The notes under the pieces were generated by a model, which made no database searches, was not told the DNA's origin, and worked only from the letters and a program-made list of their open reading frames with translations. A DNA stretch of 64,000 nucleotides from Octopus vulgaris (Eukaryota), in NCBI GenBank assembly GCA_951406725.2, contig OX597834.1:5456001-5520000 (forward strand), given 5' to 3'. Below are positions 1 through 13,190 of the stretch, piece after piece. Made by a program: the position numbers and the translations under genes. Position 1 is the first letter of the stretch; each line of letters starts with the position of its first letter.

Positions 1-573
1 ACCATATGTTTCTCACAATCCCTCTGCATTATGCCCACCTCTCCTTCATACGTAATCTTGCAAACGACCCAACCATGAAAGTAGGTATCTCTATAAATGC
101 ACCATTGAAATATAGTAAATACAACACTTATCACACATTCAAATGCTTCACAAATACATCTGGTTTAGGAGAGATTTCAAACAAACAGTTTTAAATGAAT
201 TTATAATGGAAACTATCAGTTCTTTTGATTAATTAGTTTTTCTAAGCAGTTTAGCCATTACTCTAGTTTTTTTAAGAACTGGACACGCACCTTTAAAGTT
301 TTTTTTTTTATTGTTAGAATGGCTTTCATTCAAAACATTAATGGTATTCAAATTATGTGACTGCGTGATTGTTTGTAAGTAAGTCCTGTGTGTGCATGTA
401 TGTGCTTAACTATGTGTATGTGTCTATGTGTGTGAAACTATTCTTTTACTTCAGGGAAATTGTCATTTAGATGAAAAACTATCACGAAAATAAAAGATAA
501 TACAAAATCTGTTGAGATCAGATATATTCAGAAGGGGGAAAATACACTTGATAAATTGTATTCGCTAAAAGTG

Positions 574-965
574 GATGGCTGTGTGGTAAGTAGCTTGCTA
601 ACCAACCACATGGTTCCGGCTTCAGTCCCACTGCGTGGCATCTTGGGCGAGTGTCTTCTGCTATAGCCCCGGGCCGACCAATGCCTTGTGAGTGGATTTG
701 GTAGACGGAAACTGAAAGAAGCCTGTCGTATATATGTATAAAGATATATATATGTGTGTCTGTATTTGTCCCCCTAGCATTGCTTGACAACCGATGCTGG
801 TGTGTTTACGTCCCCGTCACTTAGTGGTTCGGCAAAAGAGACCGATAGAATAAGTACTGGGCTTACAAAGAATAAGTCCCGGGGTCGATTTGCCCGACTA
901 AAGGCGGTGCTCCAGCATGGCCGCAGTCAAATGACTGAAACAAGTAAATGAGTAAAGAGTAAGAG

Positions 966-966
<1 letters not shown>
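574..966 (+). mobile_element. SINE family A (tRNA-derived head, CORE-like segment, internal TA/TG run, GAGTAAA tail)
   Basis: A-box-like TGGCTGTGTGG, B-box-like GGCTTCAGTCCC, CORE-like TCTTGGGCGAGTG, 3' hairpin CAGTCAAATGACTG; near-identical to many other copies in the window. Confidence 0.85.
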
Positions 967-1041
<75 letters not shown>

Positions 1042-1092
1042 CCTTTCTTTCTCTCTCTCTCTCTCTCTCTGTATATATATATATATATATAT
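966..1092. repeat. (TATC)n/(CT)n/(TA)n microsatellite
   Basis: Visible directly. Confidence 0.95.
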
Positions 1093-1929
1093 CTACCTTC
1101 TGTCTGTCTGATTGTCTGTCGTTCGTTTCTGCGTAAGTCTAAACAATTTCTAGTAGTTATTTATGTTTATTTATATTGAATTTTTGTCAGCAGTTGGTTA
1201 ACGACATCAGCTTTCGTGTAATTGAATTTCGTCATCCGAAAATTCACCGAAGCATTTGAAATTTCATTGAAAAAAAAATAATTTTCGATCTGTCCTGAAA
1301 ATGGATAACCTGTCTCACGCTGCTAGCGTTCCACCGTCCTACATTTCCCTGAACTGCCGAACGGTACAGGGAAGAGATAAAGCATTGACTCACATTCGCA
1401 CACACACACACACACACGCACGCACACACACACGCACACACACACTTACACACACACACTTACACACAAACACACACACAGACTCTCTCACACACACTCA
1501 AACACACCCATACACACACACTCACACGCAGTTAACAACGTCAACATCAAGCAAGAGGGAAAGGAAAGCAAGAAGAATGAGCAGATGTCTAATGCCACCA
1601 CCGCTGCCAACACCACTGTCTCCACAACTGCCACCACCACCGCCACCGCCACCGCCACCGTCACCGCCACCACCACCACCACCAACAACAACAACAGTAA
1701 CAACACCAACACGAACAGGCAAAGTAACTTTGCTTCAGTTCTGAGGCAAAGAAAACGAGTTGTTTCATTTACGCCACAACAACTAATGGAAAGAAGGCCC
1801 CTTTTATCTAAGTCAGGTAATATAATAAAACTAAACACATTTAAAAAAAAAATATTAACAAGACACAACTATATGGCGGTGCCCCAGCATGGCCACAGCT
1901 CGTGAGCTGAAACTAGATAAAATAAAAAA

Positions 1930-2470
1930 AAAATTAAAAATATACAAGACAATAAATTTAAAAGCGAGAAAGCCCGAAAATCAACAAACAATTGAAAAAT
2001 GTTTAAGGCTCATAGAGGCACATAAAAACACATCACAAAGGGCAAAAGATTTGCCACAGTTGAAGTCAGGTTTGACTCAGAGGAACCAACCAAAGCCTCA
2101 TCTACATAAACACTAGAGTCTGATGAAATAGTAATGATCCCCATGTTCCTAGGTCGTAGGGTCACAAATATAAAAATTAAAGATGCTCCCCCTGAAATTG
2201 AAGGACGACGGTTGGTGTCAGCCATCTGCTACAATTTCGAAGAAGTTATTAACATCTTGGAAATTGCCGTCCTCGAACAACAGAACTGGATAGGCCAGGC
2301 GTTCGAACTCTTGGTTCAAGCCGATCAAGAGACAATAGAAAATATACCAGATCTTATAAAACTGCCGGACGGTATCAGCTTACATGTCGCCGTTGAAGGC
2401 AGATGACTAAGCTGTCACCATTGTGGCAGCAAACACCACTTAAAAATTGACTGCACAATATTGAAGGAGT
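1930..2470 (+). pseudogene. Degenerate non-LTR retrotransposon ORF1 (gag-like) with CCHC zinc knuckle
   Basis: ORF 2134-2406 continues past a TGA into CHHCGSKHHLKIDC (2413-2454, CX2CX4HX4C); lies upstream of an APE domain. Confidence 0.7.
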
Positions 2471-2729
2471 GACAGCAGCAGCAGCAGCAGTAACAACAAC
2501 AACAACAACAACAAAAAAAGCAGCAAAAGCAGTAACAACAGATAGAAGACACTACCCGCAAACCAGCACTGTTACCCAACCCACCATCAAGACAAGAATT
2601 TAAAGAACACCACAAACGGAGGAAACAACTCGACAGAACAACAGACCAAACCAACTAATCAACACAAGCAACAGCAGAAGCAACACCATCACAACTAACA
2701 ACAACAACAACAACAACAACACCGCCATC

Positions 2730-2761
<32 letters not shown>

Positions 2762-3399
2762 CAACAACAACAAAAGCTACAGAAGTACCAAAGCCTGAAA
2801 AGGAAAAAAATGACTAACCCCAAATCCCCAATAACCCATACATCACATCCCAACAGTTACAAACTAAAACTAATCACAGCAACAACATCAACACCCCCAC
2901 CAATAGACTCCAATACCATTCCATCTTCTGATACCTCCGACATGTCGTCCGATGAAAGCGACACGGGAGGAATGGTAAACGTCCACAGGAGGAAAAAGGA
3001 AAAAAGAGGGGAGAACAAAAAGTAGGGAAATATAGCACTCCTGACAACAAAACCCCCACACATAACAACAACACCAGCACCAACAACACAAACAAACAAA
3101 CACCTACAATGCTAACCGCAATCGACACAAAAAATTTGGGCCTGATGCAATACATCAAGTCGCACACCAACAAAACTGAAAACAATTATAAAAAGCAATC
3201 ACCCACGCACAACACCACCACAACACATTAAAATACTGCACACCGCACAAAAGACATAAATTAATGAAATCTTTCGACCCCAATGCAGTAGGGAGATTTC
3301 AAAAACATTCGTCGAAAAAACTATACAAAAATCTCCTCGCGGAAACTGAGGGTGAAAATCCTCAACTTTCGAAGCAGTGACTCTCTTTCTCTCTTACCC

Positions 3400-4130
3400 A
3401 CCTTCTATTTTCGCTTTGTGTCTGAAACACAACTTTCGTCAGATTCATGCACAAGATAGGTAGCAGAAATGTGCCTGGCTCCGTTAAACGACATCAAGTC
3501 ACAAAGTGCAGATATAATAGCCATCAGCGAAACCAGATTCTCCAACCCGCGGACTCTCCAGCCCATGTTCGGCAGACAATTCGATATTTATTTTTCCTCG
3601 TGTCTGCCGAGAATGGGCGGTGGTGGTACTGCGGTGCATTTTCGAAAGAATCTGGATCTGAAAGCAAGGGCAGTATTCCTAGACCCGCTGGTCAGGCTTG
3701 TGGTTTTGGATGTCAATGGGGGTAACGGCCGTGCTTTCCGACTAGTAACAGTGTATGCACCGTCCTTAACAGGTCGGCCGGATTTCTTTCGACGTCTAGA
3801 GGTTTTCCTGGGAACCTCTCGACCTTTACTTTTAGTGGGAGATTGAAACGCTACCTTGGACATGCATTTAGACTATGTGGGTAGAGATAGGAAGGGAAGG
3901 GGATGCACGTGTCTCATAGACCTGCTCAGACGTTTCCAACTGTCTGACAGGTACCGACTGGACTACCCGAATGTGCCAATGTGGACATGGACCAACTGCA
4001 TCGGGTCGTCCAGATCTTATTTAGACAGAGTATTCTGTAGGACAATGGATAGGGATAGTGTAAGTTGTTCACTATTTCACATAGTCAGTCACACAGATTA
4101 CAAGCTCGTGGCTTGTACGCTCGACGTTAA
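3400..4130 (+). pseudogene. Degenerate L1/Tx1-like LINE ORF2, APE endonuclease domain, truncated at (ATG)n
   Basis: DIIAISET, LVTVYAP, LLVGD*N, WTW...SRSYLDR and HTDY(SDH-like) motifs across ORFs 3469-3846 and 3856-4134. Confidence 0.85.
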
Positions 4131-4135
4131 ATGAC

Positions 4136-4166
<31 letters not shown>

Positions 4167-5492
4167 TATTATATGTATATGTGTATTAATGTATGTGTAT
4201 CTCAAGAAATATTTATAAATGAATATAATCATTTATCCAATGGAAACGAGTGTGAAAAAATAGTTTCACAAAGTATCTCCTGCTGGATTCTTTGGTTTTT
4301 CTTTTCACTTCTCTACTCTCATATTCATCCAATTTTGTGATTTGTAAATAATTCATAACTTAAAAGAAAAGAAGAAAAAAATCCACATAACTTTTTGTCA
4401 TATTCAAAGCTACTCTAGTTTCTTTTGGTACAATTGAAAAACCGAAAAGATAAATGAATATAAAATTAAAGTAAAATCTTGAAAATCGATTGTGAGGAGC
4501 AGGTTATTTCTTCTTATAAGAAAATATTTTCATTTTGACTTTATTTAGTTTTCTTAACGTTCCTACCTTTAAGTGAACTTCATTTAATTTAGTTAATGTA
4601 CTTTTGTGCACTTAGACAAAAAAATTCCTTAAGGAAAACAAGATATTTGATAAAAAGAAAATAGTTAAATGTAAGAACAGTGTATTTTGAAGTCTTGCAA
4701 CAATACACTGAGATTTCTGTCTGTCTGTCTGTCTGTCTCTCTTTCTCTTTCTGCCTCTGTCTCTCTTGCTCTCTTTCTCTGTCTTTCACCTTTTGTCAAT
4801 TTGTGTCTTTATATTTGTTTCTATATCTCCCTTATCTCTTTCTAACTATCTATCTGATACTAAAATTGTCTAGTGGATTAATGGAATAAGAATGACAGAT
4901 TTTCAAGTTCAGTGCAACTACTGCTTGTTTCAATTCCTCCTTTTTACATACAACTAAATATAAAAGAGCTGAATGTTTAGTATTACAGAAGATGCGAATA
5001 GAGAGTTGACTTCATTTATCCATTCTTTTACTTACCTGCTTTCAAAATTCTTCCTTCACACACACATACACAAACACATACACAAACACACACACACACA
5101 CACACACACGCATAAACACACACACATACACACACACACAGAGGCTCTGAAGAATTTAAATACACACTCAACTTACATATTGCTCTTCATTAATTCCGTT
5201 TTTGTTTTAGCTTGAACGTTTCAGTACTTGCATTGCCTACGGTGACCAAACGAATTCTTTGAGACAAATTTCCTAGGTGTGGAAGCTCTTCCTTTCATCA
5301 TTTCTCATCCGTTTCCAAACAAAATAATATCTTTGGCCAGACATGTTTTCACGGAAAATTAGAAACATTTAACATTGCTACTCTCTTTTACCACTGCCCA
5401 CGATGTCGAGGCAAGGGAACATAAACACACATACAAATCTAGCTTCTATGCTCCTATGTCGACATATGCATACAGATATACATGCTTACATG

Positions 5493-5574
<82 letters not shown>

Positions 5575-5624
5575 AGTATGAGAAACTGACGTTAAATGAC
5601 AACGATAATGATATATACAGACGC

Positions 5625-5920
5625 AAATGCTGTGGGGCAAGAAGCTTGCTTCCCAACAACATGGTTCCGAGCTCTGTTCCACTGTGTGGCACATTGGGCA
5701 AGTGTCTTCAACTATCGCCAACCAAAGCCTTGAGTGAATTTGGTAGGCGGAAACTGAAAGAAGCCCGTCGTATAGATATATGAGTGTTTTCCCCCGCCAC
5801 AACTGGACAACTGGTATTTGACAACCGGTGTGTTTACGTCCATGTAACTTAGCAGTTGCGCAAGAGAGATCTTAGAATAAGTTCTGTGCTTAAGAAATAA
5901 ATAAGAGACTGGGGTCAATA
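5625..5920 (+). mobile_element. Diverged SINE family A copy
   Basis: Recognisable ...GGGCAAGTGTCTTC...GGAAACTGAAAGAAGCCCGTCG... Confidence 0.7.
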
Positions 5921-6063
5921 CATCCTAGGGGTTGAGGCTACACTCATGAAGTATCGAAGAGAGTTCTATAAAAAGCAAATTTAGATTGTAAGCAGACTTC
6001 CAAAGTTCTCTAATGATGCATAGTTTTATAAAAGGTTTTATATATATATAAATTAGAAAAAAT

Positions 6064-6289
6064 CCATCTTATATCAATTCAATAATGAAAAATTAAATTA
6101 TACCATTTAGAAAAATTACATATTATAGAAAGGTGATTAAGTATGAGCAAAATAGTAAATTAAACGTATATATATTACCAAATATATACGTTTCATTTAC
6201 TTTTTGCACATTACTTAATCACCTTTCTATAATATGTAATTTTTCTAAATGGTATAATTTAATTTTTCATTATTGAATTGATAAAAGGT

Positions 6290-6291
<2 letters not shown>
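6064..6291. repeat. Long imperfect inverted repeat (~110-bp arms) between (TA)n runs
   Basis: TATCAATTCAATAATGAAAAATTAAATTATACCATTTAGAAAAATTAC... is mirrored by ...GTAATTTTTCTAAATGGTATAATTTAATTTTTCATTATTGAATTGATA; centre near 6178. Confidence 0.9.
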
Positions 6292-6351
<60 letters not shown>

Positions 6352-8436
6352 TTTGTGAAATTTGATTTTAAGTTTGGAATAATATTCCCTCATATTATAT
6401 ATATATTTCATTTTTGTATTTGGTTTGTCAGATTCTTGATGTGCACATGTGTGCTGAAAAAGATTTTGTTGTATCTCAGGAAGTTCATTATACACTCGTA
6501 CTTGTTTTATTTCGCTGCTTTTGTTATTAACCACCCAGTTAATCATTTAACCAATTTACAAATCAATTACTTCGTTAATCGTTCAGTCACTCGCTTACTC
6601 AGGTAGGTTTGTCAGATTCTTTTCGTTGCCATTTGTGACCTCCTCAATGATTTTCCCTTGACAACATATTTACTTCACCACAGTTTCGAATCCTACTTAC
6701 AAGTTACTGGAAAATCCAAGGCTCCTACCGAGAACAATATCTCAGAATGTATTTTGGTAGGGTCAACTATTTGGTTATTACACAATCTTCTCATTAACAC
6801 GGGCTGTAGATGTGCCATTATCTAATATTTTGAATTTACTATCATTAATATTTTTTTACCTGATAACTGCTATATATTAATGGTTAGTTATGTCTGCAGA
6901 TTGTGAAAATGAATATGCAATGTTTGAGGATTTCTCCGTTCCTTATACCCATGGCAACTGATAAAACTGAGCAATAATCACGAGCGCTCTATTTGAGACC
7001 ATTCCTTTCTAAAAAGTCTTTATTGCTTCATCTAGTTTTCTTTGTGCAAAATTGCAAGGTATGATCTGAAGGAAATTCGGCTGCTATTTCTTGCATGTCG
7101 AGTAACCATATTGAGGTTCTTTTATTGTTTTGACATGTGATGTCTATGTGTTACGTAAAATAAAATAGTTACAACCAGGAAATTAAATTGAATCATCGGC
7201 ACAGCTTGTCAAAATCTTATTTTCGTCAAATAAATATGAAAGAAAAAAAAAAAAAAATAAAAACGTAAAGTTTATTTTTGAAATGTCAGCAAATAAATAA
7301 TAATCTATTTTGAAGTCAAATAATCTATATTCTGATATTTGAAGCACAGAGAGTTTGGACTTAATTTCCTTCGAATAAAAAAATAATGGAATAAATCAAA
7401 TATATTGAATTGAAAAAGAACAAAGAAACATATAGAATAGGAAAAAAAAACGAAAACAAAATATGTTTGTTTTCTTGCTCTTTCATTTAAATGACTGTCC
7501 TTTTCTTGTCTCTTTTGCTACAATGGCGTTGGATGTTTCTGAATTTTTATATTAATTATTGGAGCTCTTTTCGGGTTTCTTATTTCTCTCCTCATATATG
7601 GCTAAGTGCTCAAACAAACATGTTCATTCGATACAAATGCTATTACTCTTCAACCATAGGTAGAAGTAAGTCACTTGCACTCAGCCATACTTCTAGAAGC
7701 CGTAATGGTTGTCTTATAGATAGTCTTGTGGCAAAATCTTCTGGTCTATGCGCCAATCCTGCTAAAATGTATAAAACAGTTGGTATTTTTAGTCTTGCAA
7801 CAATGAATGAAGATCTTTAGTTCTTGTGGAACAAAGAGAAGATCCATGAACATTCTGCAAACATCGTCTGCATCTAAAAAGAAAGGAAATCCGGCCGTGT
7901 GACAACTATAAAGTGAATTCCATTGTGCTCATCTTGAGTATATTTTTGGCACATGTATTACTTGACCGTCTTTGGTGATAAATTTTAGATCAGTTGACGC
8001 GTTCCTTAAGATCCAGAATCGGTCCGTACCAGGCATGGGTCAGTGGAATATGATATTCGCAACATCCCAAATCTGAAGCAGTAAGGCTATGGCCTAAGAA
8101 CATGATTAAAGTAAGTAGTTACCGATCCAGACATATGGTCCCGAGTTCAGTCTCACTGCACAGTAATTTGGGAAAGTGCCTTCTACTACAGCCTCGCAAA
8201 GCATTTTGAATGGATTCGGTAGATGGAAACTAAAAGATGGTCGTCGAAAACATACATGCATACATATAAATATAAATAAATGTGTGTATTTTTCCCTTGT
8301 TAAAAATTAACACGGACAAAATAGATGAATAATTACCAGAGTAGCAAAAAAATCACACAAGTAAAGAGGTTGTTACTCCTTGTTTTTAAAGGTAGAGACT
8401 TCAGGTTTACGTGAAATTTTTTGTATAATATATATA

Positions 8437-9145
8437 TAAATAAATGGAGTAATTCAAATACTTTTACTTCCGACACATGTTTCGAAGATATCACTAATAT
8501 TATTCCAAACGAATAAAATGGTATCAAACAATGTAATCTATTCTTCAGGGAATGAAATTCGTCAATAAGACATTTTAACTATACATAAATGATGGATATG
8601 TATAGTGATTAACTGAACGCTATTAATATTGTCTGAAAAAGCGTTGTATGATATAACGTCGGAGGTAGCCTATAGAAAGAGGAGGGATAAATTAAAGAAA
8701 AGTTAAATTAATGAGAAGTATATAATGATATATATATTAAATAAAACCTTATATACTAGGAAAATATATATTTCTTGTGAATGTTAAATATAAAAAGAAA
8801 ATTAATGTTTAAATTATATATAATGATAGAGATTACTTATATGAACTAAAGGTGTGTTTTTGCCAATGTTTACATCGGTATGCACGCTCTATAACCGTGT
8901 TTACTAGGGGATTTTTAGAAAAACATAATGAAAAATAGTTCAGAATTACAGAGAAAACAGAATCCCTTGCCTTTATCATAAGGTATTGAGATTGAGAGAA
9001 TCAACCATTCTAAATAAAACTGTCTATTGTAGTCTTTTAGATCCCAAATTAATTTACTGAGACCTGTACTGTTACGTTTAGTCCTATCCCTAAATCTCGA
9101 GTAATGGTTAGAAATTCTTTTAGATAACTGCTTCCAATTAAATCT
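8437..9145 (-). mobile_element. Penelope-like element 3' portion: GIY-YIG C-terminus, 3' UTR and pLTR
   Basis: Minus strand translates as KRISNHYSRFRDRTKRNSTGLSKLIWDLK...WLIL...PY...CFLCNSE...RCKH, followed by a hammerhead motif. Confidence 0.8.
8468..8552 (-). ncRNA. Type I hammerhead ribozyme motif in PLE pLTR
   Basis: Minus strand: UUCC-CUGAAGA-(AGAU...AUCU stem II)-GAAAC-AUGU-GUC-GGAA. Confidence 0.75.
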
Positions 9146-9154
9146 AATCTCCCA

Positions 9155-9605
9155 TTGCAGTTTCGTGAAGTTATTATTAAGAATTTTCCAAAGAATTCTA
9201 GGTATTACTCTATTATCAACTCACATATGGCTAGGATTGGTTTTTCCAGCACAAAACATCTCTTACAAATTATCTCTTCACATAATAACAACCTGTTAAA
9301 TATTAATACATTTACTAATACTAATATTAATTCAGCTAATACCATCAATCCCTCTAGAAATATTAATAACAAGGTTATTGTATCTGAAGTCAATTCCAAC
9401 AGAATCAAGTTTATGTCAAGTAACTCTAAAATTAAAAATTCTATATACCAGTGTAAAATTATCACTCATAATCAAGTACAATTTTTCATTGGAAGCACGT
9501 CTTTACAGTTATCTAAACTAATTTCTAATCATTACTTGACATTTAGGGGTAGGAATAAACGTAACAGTACAGGTCTCAATAAATTAATTTGGGATCTAAA
9601 ACACA
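9155..9605 (+). pseudogene. Penelope-like element linker and GIY-YIG endonuclease fragment
   Basis: KNFPKNSRYYSIINSH...IGFS...IISSHN; SIYQC...FFIGST...NH...NSTGL..LIWDLK. Confidence 0.8.
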
Positions 9606-10085
9606 TATTCACCATGCCATAGCTTTACTGCACGCCGCCAATGTCCAGGATCGATAAAGATCACTTAGTTCAAGTATTTCAAGGATTTCCGTCCCGCATT
9701 GAAGCAATCATCAATGTTGGTATGTGTGTGTGTGTGTGTGTGTGTGTGTAGACGTGCATGCACGCTCACACACATGCAGCTTTTCTATAAATCTATTTTT
9801 CCATAGATCTGCGTAAAATGCTGTTGCTTGATGATATGAAGAACAAGCAACCAAAAAAAAAAAGAAAAGAAAAGAAAATGGTATGACAAACCAAAGTTTA
9901 TTTGTTTATTTATTTATTTATTTGGTCTTGGATTAAATAGTAATACAATGGAAATTACGTTGGAAGTTGGGTGGATTTGGTAAATAAATAGATATTATTT
10001 AGAATGTGGTTCTTACTTCAAAAGCGTATACCTTAGAACACCTTCTTAGACCAACTGTCAAACGCAAACATTGTGGTCTAGAATT

Positions 10086-10250
10086 TATGTAGTCCCTGTC
10101 ACTTAGCGGTTCGGCAAAAGAGACCGATAGAATAAGTACTGGGCTTACAAAAAGAATAAGTCCCGGGGTCGATTTGATCGACTAAAGGCGGTGCTCCAGC
10201 ATGGCCGCAGTCAAATGACTGAAACAAGTAAAAGAATAAAAGAAAAGAAT
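10086..10250 (+). mobile_element. 5'-truncated SINE family A
   Basis: Matches the 3' half of family A including the tail. Confidence 0.8.
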
Positions 10251-10716
10251 AATCAAAATGACGTCGCTAGAATATTCCTTTTATAAAATAACCCAAAGAA
10301 AGAATTGAAGGGTACTATGAAAATATTCCGTCTTTACGCTTGCTTTTCTAGAGTCTTTCAAAGACTTATAATACTTAAGCGCTGATTGTGGACCAGAGTT
10401 TTTAAATCTACCATTATTCAACCGATATCATGACGATAACATGATCTCACTTTAGCTGTTGGTGCATTTGTATTTCACAATATAATCGGTAAACCTATTT
10501 AGCTCATTCCTTTTCCGTTTATGGGAGAATAGCCTGATGAAATATTTCGTCTCTTTAGTTTCTTTTTTTTTTATTTCTCTCAAAATTTCCAATATAGATA
10601 TAAGACCCAGAATGATATATTGTATATACATTTAATATAAAATATTTCCATTGTAGTTCCCTATCAGTGAACTGATCTATTGCCATGGATTGTACATCTT
10701 CATCGTAGTGTGATCG

Positions 10717-10784
10717 AGCAGTAAATAACCAATCGTTATGTCATCCATGTAGCAGTAAATAACTATTCGTTATATCATCCATGT
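10717..10784. repeat. 34-bp tandem duplication
   Basis: AGCAGTAAATAAC..TCGTTAT.TCATCCATGT twice. Confidence 0.85.
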
Positions 10785-11174
10785 AACTGATTTCATTTAA
10801 ATCAGAAAGAGAGAAAGAGAGAACGAAGGAAGAATATGAGAAAAACCAGAATAACTCACAGTTTTAAACATGCATCGAAACAATTCTAAATAAAATCAAT
10901 CCATCTCCTTTTTTTCTGCTAAGGCAAAAACAGTTCGAGTTCTAATAGAAATGTGTAGCGGAAAATTTTCAGCATTAGCCTCGTCCTTCCAGTGCCAACC
11001 ATACTTTGTATGTATATAAGTTATATAATTATATTTCAAAAGTTTAACAAAATTTTAACAAACAGAAAATTCGTAGCTAATTTCTCATCAGTCAAAAGGT
11101 CCTTACAAATTCGTGCTTTTAACGTTGATATTGTTCACTTTTGGTGGTGTTACGCAGTCATTTTTATACCAATT

Positions 11175-11512
11175 TGTACCAGTGCGTAACTGGTACTTAT
11201 TTAATCGATCCCGAAAGGATGAAAGGCAAAGTCGACCTCGGCGGAATTTGAACTCAGAACGTAAAGGCAGACAAAATACTTATTTCTTTATTACCCACAA
11301 GGGGCTAAACACAGAGGGGACAAACAAAGACAGACAAACGGATTAAGTCGATTATATCGACCCCAGTGCGTAACTGGTACTATTTAATCGATCCCGAAAG
11401 GATGAAAGGCAAAGACGACCTCGGCGGAAATTGAACTCAGAACGTAGCGGCAGACAAAATACCGCTAAGCATTTCGCCCCTCGTTCTAACGTTTCTGCCA
11501 GCTCGCCGCCTT
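11175..11512 (-). mobile_element. SINE family B (Meta-domain-like), partial dimer
   Basis: One head GGCGGCGAGCTGGCAG and two bodies containing GCCTTTCATCCTTTCGGG.TCGAT on the minus strand. Confidence 0.85.
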
Positions 11513-12126
11513 AACCTTAGGCTTTCTTACTCGCTACGTTTTATTGCATCTGAATTTTACATGACCAGAGTAATACAACTGGGTTGAACAGGGTAAGTGA
11601 GAGAAGAGAAATGAAATCGAAATTTGCCTTAAAGATTAAACAACAGCAAAAGCCTCGTTCAAACATAAAAGGAATGAGGCCCAAGCATTAGACCTTACGG
11701 AGTCTATGACAATGAAGTCTTTGTTTCCTGTTATTCCGTTATACAAATTCCTCTAATGGTGCTTTAATCGATTCAAAATGCTAAGTTTAGCAGTTGCTCT
11801 TGAATTGTGTTTCTGCTGTGCAATTATCTGGCATTTGATTAATATTTACTTTGCATTGTCAACACTAACATCGACTCATTCGTATGGAAATGTTAACATT
11901 GTCTTTACCTCAGCTGCTGAAAAACGCCTACACGTTATTTTTATTGTCTGAAATAGTCACAAACACACTACCGTGATTTGTTTAAAGTACATTGAAAAGA
12001 GCCAATGCCTCTTATTTCAACGCCCTCCGTGGAATTAATGGTTCTAAACCGTACAGCCATTACTTCCTCAGCTTAATCTACAATATTTGAACGATTATCA
12101 TCTTTATTAAGCTACTACTGCATCTC

Positions 12127-12537
12127 TCTTTATTCTCTTTTACTTGTTTCAGTCATTTGACTGGGGCCATGCTGGAGCACCACCTTTAGTCGAGCAAATC
12201 GACCCCGGGACTTATTCTTTTGTAAGCCCAGTACTTATTCTATCGCTTCTCTTTTGCCGAGCCGCTGAGTGACGGGGACGTAAACACACCAGCGTCGGTT
12301 GTCAAGCAATGCTAGGGGGACAAACACAGACACACAAACACACACACGCACACATATACATATATATACATATATACAACAGGCTTCTTTCAGTTTCCGT
12401 CTACCAAATCCACTCACAAGGCATTGGTCGGCCCGCGGCTACAGCAGAAGACACCTGTCCAAGATGCCACGCAGTGGGACTGAACCCGGAACCATGTGGT
12501 TGGTTAGCAAGCTACTTACCACATAGCCACTCCTGCA
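12127..12537 (-). mobile_element. SINE family A, full length
   Basis: Reverse complement of family A. Confidence 0.9.
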
Positions 12538-12569
12538 TCCAAAAAGATTTTTTATTATTGTATTTTGCT

Positions 12570-13190
12570 TAGGGGTGACGACCTGACAGAATCCTTTGTG
12601 CGTTGGATAGATTTCTTAGCGGCATTTCTTCTGGTTCTTTAAGTACTGATTTCAAATCCCACTGAGGTCAGCTTTGCTTTTCATCCTTTCCGGGTTGATT
12701 AAATAAAGCACCAGATATGCACTGGGGTTGATGTCATCGACCTGCCCTCCTCAAAACCGCTGCTTTTATTCCAAAATTAGAAGGCTTTAAAGACGGTGCG
12801 CTGGCAAAATCGTTGGTTTCTTCAGGCTATCTATCTAAGGCTATATTAAGGCTTTGAGGTGGCAGAATCGTTAGCACACCGAGCAAAATGCTTAGTGATA
12901 TGTCATCCGTCCGCACCTTCTGAGTTCAAATTGCTGAAATCGACTTTGCCTTTCAAAATGCTGTCGATAGAATAGGTACCAGTTGAGTATTGGGGTCGAT
13001 GTAATCGCCTTACCTCTCCTCAGTAACATTTTTTTCCTGCTCTTTATGTTCTGGGCTAAAATCTCACTAAGGTCAAATTCCCTTTTCGTCCTTTCGGGGT
13101 CGATAAGATAAATACCAGTTAAGCAGTGGGGCTGCTGTAATCGATTTACTCTCTTCCCCTAAAATTGCTGGCTTGTACCAAGATTAGAAA
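12570..13190 (+). mobile_element. Cluster of old family-B-like SINEs
   Basis: Three diverged TTTCATCCTTTC.GGGT.GAT/GTCGAT modules. Confidence 0.65.

Noticed and set aside
10535-10560. CTGATGA as a hammerhead core
   Set aside because: No stem II or downstream GAAA in register.
12299-12572. Recurrent MSSNARGTNTDT.../MLGGQTQT... ORFs
   Set aside because: They are antisense frames of SINE family A, with variable frames and stops between copies.
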